Shown: positions 1 to 10,639 of the stretch, piece after piece | How the letters are laid out: every line of letters starts with the position of its first letter | Position numbering within the stretch: the first letter of the stretch is position 1 | Origin: Nibricoccus sp. | Lineage (GTDB): Bacteria; Verrucomicrobiota; Verrucomicrobiia; Opitutales; Opitutaceae | NCBI GenBank assembly: GCA_047602425.1 | Contig: JASGHG010000001.1 | Span: 1,216,001-1,280,000, forward strand | DNA: 64,000 nucleotides | Direction: 5' to 3' | The notes under the pieces: model-generated | What the model was told of the DNA's origin: nothing | Seen by the model: only the letters and a program-made list of their open reading frames with translations | The model's database searches: none | Translations under genes and position numbers: made by a program

Positions 1-269
1 GGGCCGAGTTGGGCCTGCAATTCAGCGGCCTCGATCGCGCGAAGCGCAGCATCGAGGAGAGCTTGGAGGTTACCCTTGGTTTCGTTGATCAACTTGCCGA
101 CGACCGGCTTTTGCTCCTTCGGCACCAAGCCCATCTGTTTCATGAGGGCGGTGAGTTCGCCGTTGGGGCCGACGTAACGGGCTTTAGCAGCCTCGAACTC
201 GGGGCGGGTTTTCAGCGCGGGGAGTTCCGTTTGAGCCTTGGCCAGAAGGGCGTTGAGTTGGTCTTGCAT
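1..269 (-). CDS. pheS: Phenylalanyl-tRNA synthetase alpha subunit, N-terminal part (runs off window)
   Basis: Manual translation MQDQLNALLAKAQTELPALKTRPEFEAAKARYVGPNGELTALMKQMGLVPKEQKPVVGKLINETK resembles the PheS N-terminal coiled coil; canonical position after rpmI-rplT. Confidence 0.85.
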   Translation of the reverse strand, partial: MQDQLNALLAKAQTELPALKTRPEFEAAKARYVGPNGELTALMKQMGLVPKEQKPVVGKLINETKGNLQALLDAALRAIEAAELQAQLG

Positions 270-300
270 GAGAAGTGGGCGGCGCAGATGTGACGGTTAG

Positions 301-385
301 TTTTCTTTTTTGTCCTAATCCTTGGTCATTCTCTGCCTGATCGAATAAAGAGAAAGAGTACGAGAAAGATAAAGAAGAACGAAAA
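301..385. repeat. Pyrimidine-rich/purine-rich imperfect inverted low-complexity tract
   Basis: TTTTCTTTTTTGTCCTAATCCTTGGTCATTCTCT faces GAATAAAGAGAAAGAGTACGAGAAAGATAAAGAAGAACGAAAA, which has ~6-nt periodicity. Confidence 0.4.
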
Positions 386-403
386 GCTTGATGGAACGAA
401 AAT

Positions 404-436
404 AAAAAAGGACGGCACCTCAGAGAGGCCCGTCCT
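404..436 (-). terminator. Intrinsic terminator after rplT
   Basis: Minus strand AGGACGGGCCTC-TCT-GAGGTGCCGTCCT followed by a T run. Confidence 0.7.
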
Positions 437-477
437 CGGGAAATGAGGCGAGCCTGCGAGGCTCGCGTTTTTCAGAA

Positions 478-855
478 TTAGGCCTTTGCGCCGGCCTTGG
501 TCTTCAACGCGTCCTGGGCTTTCTTGACCAAGGCGTTAAAGGCGACTTCATCGCGAATCGCGAGGTCCGAAAGGACCTTGCGGTCGAGGCCGATGTTGGC
601 GGCCTTGAGACCTTCGATGAAGCGGCTGTAGCTGATGCCAGCGTTCCGGCAGGCGGCGTTGAGACGCACGATCCAGAGAGAGCGGAAATCGCCCTTCTTT
701 TTCTTGCGATGATCGTAGGCGTACTGCCACGCGTGGTGGACAGCCTCTTTCGCATAGCGGAAGAGCTTGGATTTACTTCCGAAGTAGCCCTTGGCGTACT
801 TCAGTACTTTTTTGCGGCGCTTGCGCGACGCGGGGGAGTTGGTTGCACGAGGCAT
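478..855 (-). CDS. rplT: 50S ribosomal protein L20
   Basis: MPRAT...KGYFG...FRSLWIVRLNAA...YSRFI..LK...LDRKVLSDLAI. Confidence 0.98.
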   Translation of the reverse strand: MPRATNSPASRKRRKKVLKYAKGYFGSKSKLFRYAKEAVHHAWQYAYDHRKKKKGDFRSLWIVRLNAACRNAGISYSRFIEGLKAANIGLDRKVLSDLAIRDEVAFNALVKKAQDALKTKAGAKA

Positions 856-936
856 GTTATTGTATGTTTTTTAGAGGCCGCCGGGTCGTCTCGTTAAGAT
901 TCACCCAGCTGGCGCAGTTATGGTTGAGCTTCTTTA

Positions 937-1131
937 TTAGAGGCCGTACGGCAGGCAGCGTTTGAGCGGCTCTGCATGGCCATCAGCCACGAGCTTGTCT
1001 TTGGTAGCACGGCGTTTCTGCTTGGTGCTCTTGGAGGCAAGCAAATGACGGAAGCCGGGCGTGCGGCGGATCAGCTTGCCCTTGGCGGACAATTTGAAGC
1101 GCTTGGCGACGGACTTTTTGGTCTTTTGCAT
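937..1131 (-). CDS. rpmI: 50S ribosomal protein L35
   Basis: MQKTKKSVAKRFKLSAKGKL, 64 aa; start trimmed to the ATG at 1131. Confidence 0.97.
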   Translation of the reverse strand: MQKTKKSVAKRFKLSAKGKLIRRTPGFRHLLASKSTKQKRRATKDKLVADGHAEPLKRCLPYGL

Positions 1132-1359
1132 GTGAAGAGCGGAAGAAAACAGAGAAGCCGCGGGTCCTTGGCAAGGGGAAATTTCCAAGGAAGCGATTTG
1201 GCCAAAAAATCCGCCTTTCCACAACAGATGCAATTACGGCGTTGACAGGCTTCCGCCAGCCTGAGATTCGATCCGGCTCCGCAAAATCTTTCATCGTAAA
1301 AACCCGCGTGTCACATCCTCACCGATCAGCCCGCAATCCACTTTAAACATACATCCATC

Positions 1360-1908
1360 ATGGCTCACAGCGAAGTACTCCTCCTCCAGCCCGTCGAAGG
1401 TCTCGGCTCCGAAGGCGACCAAGTCAAAGTCCGCGCCGGCTACGCCCGCAATTTCCTCCTCCCGCGCAAGATCGCGGCCCCGCTCACCACGGCCAATCGC
1501 AAACAGGTCGACGCCCTCAAGAAGCGCCGCGCCGAGCGCGAAATCAAGGAGCTCTCCGGCGCCCAGGAACTCGCCAAGAAGATCGAGAAGGTCAGCCTCG
1601 CTTTCGCCGTGAAGACCGGTGAAGGTGGCAAAATGTTCGGTGCGATCACCGCCCAGGACCTCCACGACAAGCTCGTCCAAGCCGGCATCGAAATCGAAAA
1701 GAAGCGCATTCACCTCCACACGCCGGTCAAGACCCTCGGCAAGCACGAGACTTCCATCAAGCTCCACTCCGACGTCTCCGTCACCGTGAGCTTCGACGTC
1801 GTTTCGGAAAACCCGATCGAAGTCGCTCCCGCTCCCGAAGCTCCCAAGGGCGAACACACCGAGAAGAAGTCCGCTCGTCGTCCGAAGGCCGAAAAGAAGA
1901 GCGAATAA
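1360..1908 (+). CDS. rplI: 50S ribosomal protein L9
   Basis: LG..GD.VKVRAGYARNFLLP; KMFGAIT; acidic/basic C-terminal tail. Confidence 0.98.
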   Translation: MAHSEVLLLQPVEGLGSEGDQVKVRAGYARNFLLPRKIAAPLTTANRKQVDALKKRRAEREIKELSGAQELAKKIEKVSLAFAVKTGEGGKMFGAITAQDLHDKLVQAGIEIEKKRIHLHTPVKTLGKHETSIKLHSDVSVTVSFDVVSENPIEVAPAPEAPKGEHTEKKSARRPKAEKKSE

Positions 1909-1939
1909 GCCCCAAAGGTTTTCGCCGATACAACATTTC

Positions 1940-1977
1940 AAAAGCCGCACCCGCACCGGTGCGGCTTTTTTATTTTT
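1940..1977 (+). terminator. Intrinsic terminator after rplI
   Basis: AAAAGCCGCACC-loop-GGTGCGGCTTTT followed by a T-rich tail. Confidence 0.8.
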
Positions 1978-2067
1978 CTACCTGCTGTGAACAGTTTGAG
2001 GACAACAAAAAATAAGCTGCGCTTGCACACAATTGCTGGTGCCGATCTGCTCTCCGTTTCCCTGTAA

Positions 2068-3483
2068 ATGTCCGAAGAAGCGCCCAGAACTAACCGTCGT
2101 CCACGCCCCAACGGCGACCGCGACGCCGTCGCCAACTCCCCTCTCCTCGTCGGCCGCACTGCTCCGCACAGCATCGAGGCGGAAGAGTATCTGCTCGCCT
2201 GCTGCCTGCTCGATGGCAACGACACCATTGCGCGCTGTCTCGAGGGCAAACTCCTGCCCGCCGCCTTCTACAGTCCGGCCAATCGACTCGTTTACGAAAA
2301 GCTCGTCGAGCTCTACAACAAAGGCACCGCGATCGACCTCGCTATCCTTTCGGAAGAACTAAAAACTTCCAAACAGCTCGACGAGATCGGCGGTTATGCC
2401 TTTCTGACTCAAATCAGCGGACGCATTCCCACGACGGCGCAGGCCGGCTATTTCATTGAAAAAATCCGCGAGCTCTACCTCCTGCGCGAGCTGATCAAGG
2501 TCGCCACGGGCGCGGTGGAAAATTGCTACAGTTACCAAGGCGGCCTTGAGGAGTTCATCGACAAGGTCGAACAGGACCTTTTCAAAGTCACCCAGGATCG
2601 CATTTCCGACGCCGCGAAATCGATGAAGGAGCCCACCATGGAAGCCATGGGTGTCATCAACAAAATGATGATGAAAAAGGGTGAGCTCACAGGCGTCACT
2701 TCGGGCTTCAAGGACCTCGATCAACTCACCTACGGATTTCAGAAATCCGAAATGATTATTTTAGCTGCGCGTCCTTCGATGGGTAAAACCTCGCTCGCGC
2801 TCAACATGGCTGAGTCCGCCGCCATGCCGAAAAAAGGCCCGCAGGTCACCACGCTCGTTTTCAGTTTGGAAATGAGCGCCGCCCAACTCGCCATGCGTAT
2901 GCTTTGCTCCCGCGCTCGCGTGAACATGAAGCTCCTACGCGACGGCTTACTTTCAAAAAATGGCGACGAACAGCAGCGCCTGCTCCAAGCCGCCGACGAG
3001 TTTTCCAAATCCGCCATCTACATCGACGATTCCAGCCATCTCACGATCATGGAACTGCGCGCCAAAGCCCGCCGCCTCCACGCGCGTCACCCCATCGGCT
3101 TCATCGTCGTCGACTATCTCCAACTTCTCAGCCCAACCGATCCCAAAGTCCCGCGCGAACAACAGGTCGCCGAAATGTCCCGCGGATTGAAGTCACTTGC
3201 GAAGGAACTTGAGGTGCCCGTTCTTGTATTAAGTCAGTTGAACCGTTCAGCAGAAAAAGAAAATCGCACGCCCAAACTCTCCGACCTCCGTGAATCCGGC
3301 TCCATCGAACAGGACGCCGACGTTGTTTTAATGCTAGCACGCCCCAAAGACGCCGACGAAAAATTCCAAGTCGCCGCCGACTCTGCGGAGTTAATAGTTG
3401 CCAAGCAACGAAACGGCCCGGTAGGAGAACTAAAGCTCACTTTCCTCCGAGACATCACCCGCTTTGAAAACTTCACCCAGTAA
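2068..3483 (+). CDS. dnaB: Replicative DNA helicase
   Basis: Walker A ARPSMGKT, FSLEM, VVDYLQL, LSQLNR, DLRESGSIEQDAD, KQRNG; no intein. Confidence 0.98.
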   Translation: MSEEAPRTNRRPRPNGDRDAVANSPLLVGRTAPHSIEAEEYLLACCLLDGNDTIARCLEGKLLPAAFYSPANRLVYEKLVELYNKGTAIDLAILSEELKTSKQLDEIGGYAFLTQISGRIPTTAQAGYFIEKIRELYLLRELIKVATGAVENCYSYQGGLEEFIDKVEQDLFKVTQDRISDAAKSMKEPTMEAMGVINKMMMKKGELTGVTSGFKDLDQLTYGFQKSEMIILAARPSMGKTSLALNMAESAAMPKKGPQVTTLVFSLEMSAAQLAMRMLCSRARVNMKLLRDGLLSKNGDEQQRLLQAADEFSKSAIYIDDSSHLTIMELRAKARRLHARHPIGFIVVDYLQLLSPTDPKVPREQQVAEMSRGLKSLAKELEVPVLVLSQLNRSAEKENRTPKLSDLRESGSIEQDADVVLMLARPKDADEKFQVAADSAELIVAKQRNGPVGELKLTFLRDITRFENFTQ

Positions 3484-5848
3484 CCCCCTCTGCGGGGTCA
3501 CTCGCCTTTTTATTACCCTTGTCGTCCTCGCCACCGCGAGCCTGCGCCTTTCCGCGCAATTACCTGCTACCGAGGAGAATGCGCAACCTTATAAAATTGG
3601 CACCATTGCCGTACGCTTCGTCGGCGTCGCCAACGTCAGTGAGCAGGTCGTCCGCGCAAACATGCAGATCCGCGAAGGCGCGGAGCTCAACGACACTTAC
3701 ATCGATCGCGATATTCGTTCTCTCTATAAGACCGGCCTTTTTGAGTTTATTGAAGTCAAACGCGAGGTGCTTCCTGACCGGGTGGTAAATCTCGCAGTCG
3801 AAGTCACCCCGAAATATCGCATCCTCACCGTCCGCTTTGAAGGAACCAAAAAGGTAAAGCCCCACCGCCTCGAAAAGGAAATCAAGAGCAAGACCAACGA
3901 GTCGCTTGATGAACGTCAGGTCAAAGAAGACGCCGAGAAGATCAAAGAATATTATCAGAAAAATGGCTACAACCAGGCGACCATCAACTACGTGGTCGAG
4001 CGCGATCGCACCACCGGCTTCGGCACGATCATCTTCAAGATCAACGAAGGCGCGAAGGTCAAAATCTCCGACATCCGCTTCATCGGAAACAACAACGTCA
4101 AAGCACACGTTCTTTGGGGCCACTTCGACGGTCCTCTGATCAAAGCCATGGAAACCCGCCGTTACTGGTGGCTTTCCTGGCTCACCGGCACTGGACGCCT
4201 GAAGGACGAAGTTTTTGAAGACGACCTCGACAAGCTCCGCGACTATTATCGCGAACAGGGTTACCTCGACGTCGAAATCCCGCAGGACAAAATCATTTAC
4301 GACTATCCCACGCCCAAAAAGCTCGTGCTCACCATCCAGATCGAGGAAGGTCGCCAGTACAAGGTGGGTGAGATTACTTTTACCGGCAACAAGCTCCATT
4401 CGTCGCGCATGCTGAAGCGTCTTGTGAAGCAGAAGACCGGCATGATTTTCACGCCTTCGAAAATCGATAAGGACGTTGAAACGCTCGAAGATTTTTACGG
4501 CAAGGACGGTTACCTCGAGACCCGCATCCATCCGAACCGCAAGCCCAACATTGCCACCGGCAACATCGATCTCGAATACGAGGTCAACGAAAGCGAAAAG
4601 TTCTACGTCGAATCCATTCACATCGAGGGCAACACCAAGACCAAGAGCCTCGTCATCCTCCGCGAACTGACCCTCGGCCCCGGCGAAGTCTTCAATTCCG
4701 TCCGCATGAAGATCAGTAAAATGCGTCTCGAAAACACGCGTTTCTTCAGCGACCAAAACCTTTCGCCAGAAACCACCAACATTCCGGGTCGCCGCAATCT
4801 TAAGGTCTCCGTAAAGGAAGACCGCACCGGCAATCTTTCTTTCGGCGCCGGTTATAGCTCGTTGGAGAAACTTGTTTTTTTCGCCGAAGTCACCCAGTCG
4901 AATTTCGACATCTTAAACCGCAAATCCTTCTTTCAAGGCGACGGTCAGAAATTTCGCCTCCGACTCCAGACCGGTTCTTACTCGAAGGAAATCACCCTCT
5001 CCTTTGAAGAACCTTGGGTGATGCAAAAGCAGTTGGCGCTGGGCTTCGAATTTTTTCACACCAGCAGCAACTACGACAATCAGTACTATAACCTGATGCG
5101 CACCGGCGGCACCGTTTACTTGCGGAAACGCCTTTTCGAACTCGTCGAAGGCACCCTCTCTTACACATTCGAAAAAGATAAAATTTCCGACGTCTCCAGC
5201 TCCAACATCACTGCGGCGACCAACAGCTCCTATCAAATCTCCAAAGTGGGCTTTCAACTTTTGCGCGACACCCGCGACAAAATCGTCAACACCACCAGCG
5301 GAAATCGTATCGAGTTTAACACCAATGTCGCCGGCGGTTACCTCAAGGGCGACCTCGATTATTACAGCCTCGAACTACGCACCTCGCAATTTCTTCCCAT
5401 CTTCGAGGCTCAAGAACAAGTCATCGCCATCATTGCCCGTGGTGGCGTCGTCAACGGTTATGGTCGCACCCGCGGCTACGAAAACTACTACTTCGAAGGT
5501 TTTTACCTCGGCGGCCCGTACTCGTTGCGCGGCTTTGAAAACCGCGACGTCGGTCCCAAAAATTCCGGCGGCTACCCTATCGGCGGCAAAAGCTACGGCT
5601 TCCTCAGCATCGAATACTCCGCCGATATCGTCAGCCCCGTCCGCTTCGCCATCTTCTACGACGCCGGCTTCGTCAACTTCGACGCCTACGACTTCAACCC
5701 CATCAACTATAACGACAATTTCGGCTTCGGTCTCCGCATGTTCGTTGCCGGCGCGCCTCTCAGTCTCGACTACGGCATTCCTCTCACGACGGATAAATAT
5801 AACAAAAAAGGCGGACAGTTTAACTTTTCATTCGGCACCCGTTTCTGA
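3464..5848 (+). CDS. bamA: Outer membrane protein assembly factor BamA (start uncertain; TTG overlapping dnaB)
   Basis: Signal peptide, POTRA-like repeats (YREQGY, YGKDGY, IEGNTKT), LRGF loop-6 motif, C-terminal FNFSFGTRF. Confidence 0.95.
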   Translation: MKTSPSNPLCGVTRLFITLVVLATASLRLSAQLPATEENAQPYKIGTIAVRFVGVANVSEQVVRANMQIREGAELNDTYIDRDIRSLYKTGLFEFIEVKREVLPDRVVNLAVEVTPKYRILTVRFEGTKKVKPHRLEKEIKSKTNESLDERQVKEDAEKIKEYYQKNGYNQATINYVVERDRTTGFGTIIFKINEGAKVKISDIRFIGNNNVKAHVLWGHFDGPLIKAMETRRYWWLSWLTGTGRLKDEVFEDDLDKLRDYYREQGYLDVEIPQDKIIYDYPTPKKLVLTIQIEEGRQYKVGEITFTGNKLHSSRMLKRLVKQKTGMIFTPSKIDKDVETLEDFYGKDGYLETRIHPNRKPNIATGNIDLEYEVNESEKFYVESIHIEGNTKTKSLVILRELTLGPGEVFNSVRMKISKMRLENTRFFSDQNLSPETTNIPGRRNLKVSVKEDRTGNLSFGAGYSSLEKLVFFAEVTQSNFDILNRKSFFQGDGQKFRLRLQTGSYSKEITLSFEEPWVMQKQLALGFEFFHTSSNYDNQYYNLMRTGGTVYLRKRLFELVEGTLSYTFEKDKISDVSSSNITAATNSSYQISKVGFQLLRDTRDKIVNTTSGNRIEFNTNVAGGYLKGDLDYYSLELRTSQFLPIFEAQEQVIAIIARGGVVNGYGRTRGYENYYFEGFYLGGPYSLRGFENRDVGPKNSGGYPIGGKSYGFLSIEYSADIVSPVRFAIFYDAGFVNFDAYDFNPINYNDNFGFGLRMFVAGAPLSLDYGIPLTTDKYNKKGGQFNFSFGTRF

Positions 5849-5882
5849 TCTAGTCACCCCTTCACTCTCCTAAACCACCTCT

Positions 5883-6554
5883 ATGAAGACATCGTTCAAA
5901 ACCCTCCTGGCCCTCGCGGCCGTCAGCGCCACTGCGCTGATCAGTCAGGCCCAAACAGCCCCAAAAATTCTTGTCCTCGACATAGGCAAGGCCTTCCAAA
6001 GCCACTACAAAACGGCTGAGATGGACGAGTCTCTTAAGGGCGATCAACAAAAAGCCCAACAGGAATACACCGCCAAGGAAAAGGAACTCGTCGACCTCTC
6101 CGAAAAGATCAAGGGCCTTGACGAACAGACCAAGAATCCCGCCCTCACCAAGGAAGCCCAAGCCAAGATCATGGCCGATGGCGAAAAGTTGGTTCAGGAT
6201 TTCCAAGGCAAACAGCAGGAGCTCCAGGCTTTCGCCAATGACGCCCGCCGCAAGATCGGTGAAAAACAACAGAACATCACCAATCTTCTGATCGAAGACA
6301 TCACCAAAAAAGGTCAGGAAATCGGCAAGAAGCGTGGCGCCGATCTCGTTCTCCCGAAGAACACCATCGTCTTCAGCAACCCGGCTTGGGAAATCACCGA
6401 CGAGGTGATCGCCGAAATCAACAAAGACAAACCCGCCGGCGCTCCCGCCGCCAAGCCCACCGCCGCCGCTCCGGCTCCCGCCGCGAAGCCCGCCGGTCAG
6501 GCCCCCGCCGCTGAAGGCGCTCCCACGATCGTCTTCCCTGGTGCCAAGAAATAA
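5883..6554 (+). CDS. skp: OmpH/Skp periplasmic chaperone
   Basis: Signal peptide, KILVLD, long coiled coil, EITDEVI; lies between bamA and lpxD. Confidence 0.88.
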   Translation: MKTSFKTLLALAAVSATALISQAQTAPKILVLDIGKAFQSHYKTAEMDESLKGDQQKAQQEYTAKEKELVDLSEKIKGLDEQTKNPALTKEAQAKIMADGEKLVQDFQGKQQELQAFANDARRKIGEKQQNITNLLIEDITKKGQEIGKKRGADLVLPKNTIVFSNPAWEITDEVIAEINKDKPAGAPAAKPTAAAPAPAAKPAGQAPAAEGAPTIVFPGAKK

Positions 6555-6579
6555 GCTTCTCGCAATACGACTCTCCTTC

Positions 6580-6609
6580 AAACCCTGCTCCTTCGAGCGG
6601 GGTTTTTTT
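6580..6609 (+). terminator. Intrinsic terminator after skp
   Basis: AACCCTGCTC-CTTC-GAGCGGGGTT followed by a T run. Confidence 0.7.
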
Positions 6610-6666
6610 GTGCCCGGAGGCCGCTGCGCCATTGCCATGCAAGCCAAGCCCTGCACGCTGCGCACC

Positions 6667-7698
6667 ATGGAGTTTTCCTTCACCGCCGCTGAAATCACCG
6701 CCCTCGTCCAAGCAACCAATACCCGTGGCTCGACCACCGAGACGCTTCGAGGCATAGCCTCCCTCAACTCCGCGCGGCCCGGAGACGTTTCCTTCCTCGG
6801 CAACCCCAAATACAAACCTGAGGTCGCCGCCACCGCCGCCTCCGTCGTTCTTCTTCCGCTCGATTACGTTGGAGATCCCAAGCCCAACCAGCTCTTTCTT
6901 CTGCTGGAAAAACCCTCCGTGGGTCTCGCACTTCTCTGCGCCCGCGTCGAACAACTCCTTTGGCCCAAACCCACTCCCGGCGTCCATCCTTCGGCGATCG
7001 TCGCTCCCGACGTTAAAATCCCCGCCTCGGCCACCGTTGGCCCGCTTTGCGTGATCGAGTCCGGCGCCGTCATCGGGGAACGCGCCCATCTTCAAGCCCA
7101 CGTCTTCATCGGACGCAACGCGCGCCTCGGCACCGATTGTTGGCTCAAATCGAATGTCGTCATCGCCACCGAATGCATTTTGCACAACCGTGTGCACATC
7201 CACCCTGGCGCCGTTATCGGTGCTGACGGTTTCGGCTACGATTTCGTCGCCGGTCGCCATGCAAAAGTCCCTCAAGTCGGTCGCGTCGTCATCCACGATG
7301 ACGTCGAAATCGGCGCCAATACGACCCTCGATCGCGCCCGTTTTTCCGAAACCGTCGTCGGTGAAGGCACGAAAATCGACAACCTCGTCCAAATCGGCCA
7401 CAACGTCGTCATTGGCAAACATTGCTTGATTTGCGCCCAAGCGGGCATCTCAGGCAGTAGCATTGTGGAGGACTACGTCGTCATCGGTGGTCAGGCCGGT
7501 CTCGCCGGACACCTGACCGTGGGACGCGGCTGTAAAATCGATGGCCAGACCGGCGTGAATTCCGATCTCGAACCCGGAACCTCCGTCAAAGGTTCTCCCT
7601 GCCTGCCCTATTCCCTCGAACAACGCGTCAACGTCCTCCGCAAGCGCCTTCCCGAACTCTTCAAACGCGTCGACGCCCTCGAGGAGAAGCTAAAATAA
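6667..7698 (+). CDS. lpxD: UDP-3-O-acylglucosamine N-acyltransferase
   Basis: SFLGNPKY, hexapeptide repeats, [17 protein letters not shown]; start trimmed to ATG 6667. Confidence 0.96.
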   Translation: MEFSFTAAEITALVQATNTRGSTTETLRGIASLNSARPGDVSFLGNPKYKPEVAATAASVVLLPLDYVGDPKPNQLFLLLEKPSVGLALLCARVEQLLWPKPTPGVHPSAIVAPDVKIPASATVGPLCVIESGAVIGERAHLQAHVFIGRNARLGTDCWLKSNVVIATECILHNRVHIHPGAVIGADGFGYDFVAGRHAKVPQVGRVVIHDDVEIGANTTLDRARFSETVVGEGTKIDNLVQIGHNVVIGKHCLICAQAGISGSSIVEDYVVIGGQAGLAGHLTVGRGCKIDGQTGVNSDLEPGTSVKGSPCLPYSLEQRVNVLRKRLPELFKRVDALEEKLK

Positions 7699-7738
7699 AC
7701 TTCCGCCACGCCCAAATTCATCGCAACGTTTCCGTCAC

Positions 7739-8689
7739 ATGAGCAAACGACCAGGCTTGAACATTTTTACGGGCAACTCCAACCGCCCGTTGGCTGAAGA
7801 AATCTGCAAGAGCATCGGCATCGATCTCGGCGAAGCCACTGTCACCAGTTTTCCCGATGGCGAATCGTTCGTCAAAATCAACGACAACGTCCGCGGCAGC
7901 GACGTCTATCTGATCCAGTCGACCTGCCCTCCGACGAATCATCACCTGATGGAGTTGCTCATCATGATCGACGCTGCCAAACGCGCGTCGGCCAATCGCA
8001 TCACCGCCGTCATTCCGTTCTACGGTTATGCCCGCCAGGATCGCAAGGATCAGCCCCGCGTGCCCATCACCGCGAAGCTCGTCGCCAATTTGCTCACCGC
8101 CGCCGGCGCCAATCGCGTTCTCACAATGGATCTGCACAGTCAGCAAATCCAGGGCTTCTTCGACATCCCCGTCGACCACCTCTACGCGTCACCTGTTTTT
8201 TTCAATTACCTCAACAAGCTCAACAAGGACAACCTCGTCGTCTGCTCGCCTGACGTCGGCGGAATGAAAATGGCGGCCGCGTACGCCGACACCATTGGCG
8301 CTGGTCTCGCCCTCGTTGCGAAAAAACGCACGAACGCCACCACGGTTTCCGCCATCAACGTCGTGGGTGAAGTCAAAGACCGCGACATTCTCCTCGTCGA
8401 CGACATTACCGAAACCGCCGGCACGTTGACCGCCTCGGCCAAACTGCTCCGCGAGCATGGTGCCCGCAGCATCCGCGCCGCCGTCAGTCACTGCATTCTC
8501 AACGACGTCGCCGTCACCCGCCTGAAAAGCGGCCTCATCGACGAACTGATCACCACCAACTCGACGCCGATCGACACCAAGGGTCTGCCGATCACCGTGC
8601 TCAGCATCGCCGAGTTGCTCGGTCAGGCGATCATGCGCATCCACCAGAACGAAAGCGTCACCAGCCTTTTCAAAATCAAGGGCTTCTAG
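7739..8689 (+). CDS. prs: Ribose-phosphate pyrophosphokinase
   Basis: FPDGE, PFYGYARQDRK, MDLHSQQIQGFF, SPDVGG, LVDDITETAGT. Confidence 0.98.
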   Translation: MSKRPGLNIFTGNSNRPLAEEICKSIGIDLGEATVTSFPDGESFVKINDNVRGSDVYLIQSTCPPTNHHLMELLIMIDAAKRASANRITAVIPFYGYARQDRKDQPRVPITAKLVANLLTAAGANRVLTMDLHSQQIQGFFDIPVDHLYASPVFFNYLNKLNKDNLVVCSPDVGGMKMAAAYADTIGAGLALVAKKRTNATTVSAINVVGEVKDRDILLVDDITETAGTLTASAKLLREHGARSIRAAVSHCILNDVAVTRLKSGLIDELITTNSTPIDTKGLPITVLSIAELLGQAIMRIHQNESVTSLFKIKGF

Positions 8690-8706
8690 GCGGCTCCGCT
8701 TGCCAT

Positions 8707-8729
8707 GGAGGGCGACGCAATCGTCGCCG
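8707..8729 (+). repeat. REP-like palindrome with GGAG foot (copy 1)
   Basis: GGAG-GGCGACG-CAAT-CGTCGCC-G just downstream of prs; similar copy at 30291. Confidence 0.55.
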
Positions 8730-8770
8730 GCGAGACGTCATCATTTTTTGGATACGTTTAAAACTCCCGC

Positions 8771-10207
8771 ATGAAATCCACACTCACGTTTGGACTGCTT
8801 GCCTTCGCCCTCGCATTCTCCCCGGATGTTCGCGCCGCCGTCATTAAGGAACCAACTCCTACGACCATAAAACGGCCGGAGGCGGTCCGTCCCACGCTCA
8901 ACATCGATCCTGCGCCGGTGACCGACGGCAAGGCTCCTGTCGTCGCAAGTTATGCCGATGTTATCGAGCCCGTGCAAAAGGCGGTTGTCTCCGTCTACGC
9001 TACCAAGTTCGTCCGCGAGCGCCTCCCGGCAAATCCTTTCTTCCGCCCTTTCTTCGGCGATCAAGTGCCCGCTCGCGAATCGAAAGAACAAGGTCTCGGC
9101 TCCGGCGTCATCGTTTCCCCGAACGGTTATATTCTAACCAACAACCATGTCATAGAGGGCGCCGACGAACTCAGCGTCGCGCTTCCGGAAGGGCGGGAAT
9201 TCCGCGCCCGCCTCGTCGGCACCGATCCAAAGACCGATATCGCCGTCCTCAAAATCGACGCCGAAAATCTGCCCACCCTGACTCTCGCCGACAGCGAGAA
9301 ACTTCGGGTCGGCGATATTGTTTTCGCCGTCGGCAATCCACTCGGTATCGGCCAGACCGTCACCATGGGCATTGTTTCCGCGAAAGGCCGCAACAATCTC
9401 GGTCTCCTCGGAAACGTCCATGGCTACGAGGATTTCATTCAAACCGATGCCGCCATCAACGTCGGCAATTCCGGTGGCGCGCTCGTCGACGCCAAGGGCC
9501 GCCTCGTCGGCATCAATAGCGCCATCGTCTCCACCACTCGCGGCAACATTGGCATTGGCCTCGCGATCCCCGTGAACCTCGCGGCCAGCATCATGAACAG
9601 CCTGATAGAGACAGGTTCGGTCACTCGCGGCTACCTGGGAATTTCCGTCGATCCCGTCAGCCCGGAGGTCGCGGAAACCCTCGGCCTGAAAAAGGATACC
9701 CGCGCCGTCACCATCACCCAGGTTAATCCCGGCAGCCCGGCCGAGCAGGCTGGTCTCAAACGCTACGACGTACTTCTTTCGATCAACGAAAAGCCCATCA
9801 CTTCGATCGAAGATTTGCGCCTGCTCGTTGCGAAGTTGCCACCCGAAACAGAAATTACCGCCAAAATCCTGCGCAATGGCCGGGAACTTTCCGTCAAGGC
9901 CCGCCTCGGCCGCCTCGTCGACGACAACGTGATCAACGAATTGTTGCCCGGAGTCGAAGTCATGCGGCTCACCGACGAACTTCGCCAGCGTCTCAATTTG
10001 AGCAACCAGCTCGAAGGCCTTCTTGTCACCAACGTCGACGCGAAATCGCCTCACGCCAACGTTGTAGTCCCCAACATGATCATTCTTGAGATCAATCGCA
10101 TGCCCGTGACCGATCTCGAGACAGCCCGCCAGCTCCTGCAGCCCGGCCGCAATCTTCTTTTCGTCTACAACCGCGGTTACCTTCGCTACCTCGTAGTCAC
10201 GAAATAG
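8771..10207 (+). CDS. DegP/DegQ (HtrA/Do) serine protease with PDZ domains
   Basis: Signal peptide, GLGSGVI, LTNNHV, TDIAV, IQTDAAINVGNSGG, C-terminal PDZ-like regions. Confidence 0.95.
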   Translation: MKSTLTFGLLAFALAFSPDVRAAVIKEPTPTTIKRPEAVRPTLNIDPAPVTDGKAPVVASYADVIEPVQKAVVSVYATKFVRERLPANPFFRPFFGDQVPARESKEQGLGSGVIVSPNGYILTNNHVIEGADELSVALPEGREFRARLVGTDPKTDIAVLKIDAENLPTLTLADSEKLRVGDIVFAVGNPLGIGQTVTMGIVSAKGRNNLGLLGNVHGYEDFIQTDAAINVGNSGGALVDAKGRLVGINSAIVSTTRGNIGIGLAIPVNLAASIMNSLIETGSVTRGYLGISVDPVSPEVAETLGLKKDTRAVTITQVNPGSPAEQAGLKRYDVLLSINEKPITSIEDLRLLVAKLPPETEITAKILRNGRELSVKARLGRLVDDNVINELLPGVEVMRLTDELRQRLNLSNQLEGLLVTNVDAKSPHANVVVPNMIILEINRMPVTDLETARQLLQPGRNLLFVYNRGYLRYLVVTK

Positions 10208-10319
10208 GACGAAATCGAAGAACCAAAGGGTGAATTCCTTTTCCAGTTGAGGTTCTTTTTGGCGGATAAAAACCAATCGGTAGCGCCAAAACGCAGCGAT
10301 GAACACACCGATAAATCTT

Positions 10320-10363
10320 GGTCGGTTGCTATCCTGTACTACCGCTAATAGCCCCTATTAGCG
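10320..10363 (+). promoter_or_regulatory. Candidate ECF-type promoter overlapped by a 9-bp inverted repeat
   Basis: GGTCGG-N17-CGCT; CGCTAATAG-CCC-CTATTAGCG at 10343-10363. Confidence 0.35.
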
Positions 10364-10639
10364 AAAACTAGATCCACCACTGCGCCAATTTTAAATGCAC
10401 TTATTATTGTAGGTAAAAAACTTACAGAATCGTTAAAAATTTGTGAGCTCCTAAAGTTGATTATTTGCAAATTTTTTGCAATTAGTATGCCCGCAACCCC
10501 TACCCCAGCTCGGAAAATACCCCAGCCAGTTTTTCAGCGAAAAAGCCGCCCCTTTGTTTCTGTTCACACCACGTTGTTAGCACTCACGCTAGCCGCTTGT
10601 ATGAAAGTACATACAAAGAACCCTCAACCCCAAAAATCC

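Noticed and set aside
270..477. pheM-like attenuator between rplT and pheS
   Set aside because: A terminator is present, but I found no start codon or Phe-rich leader peptide upstream of it
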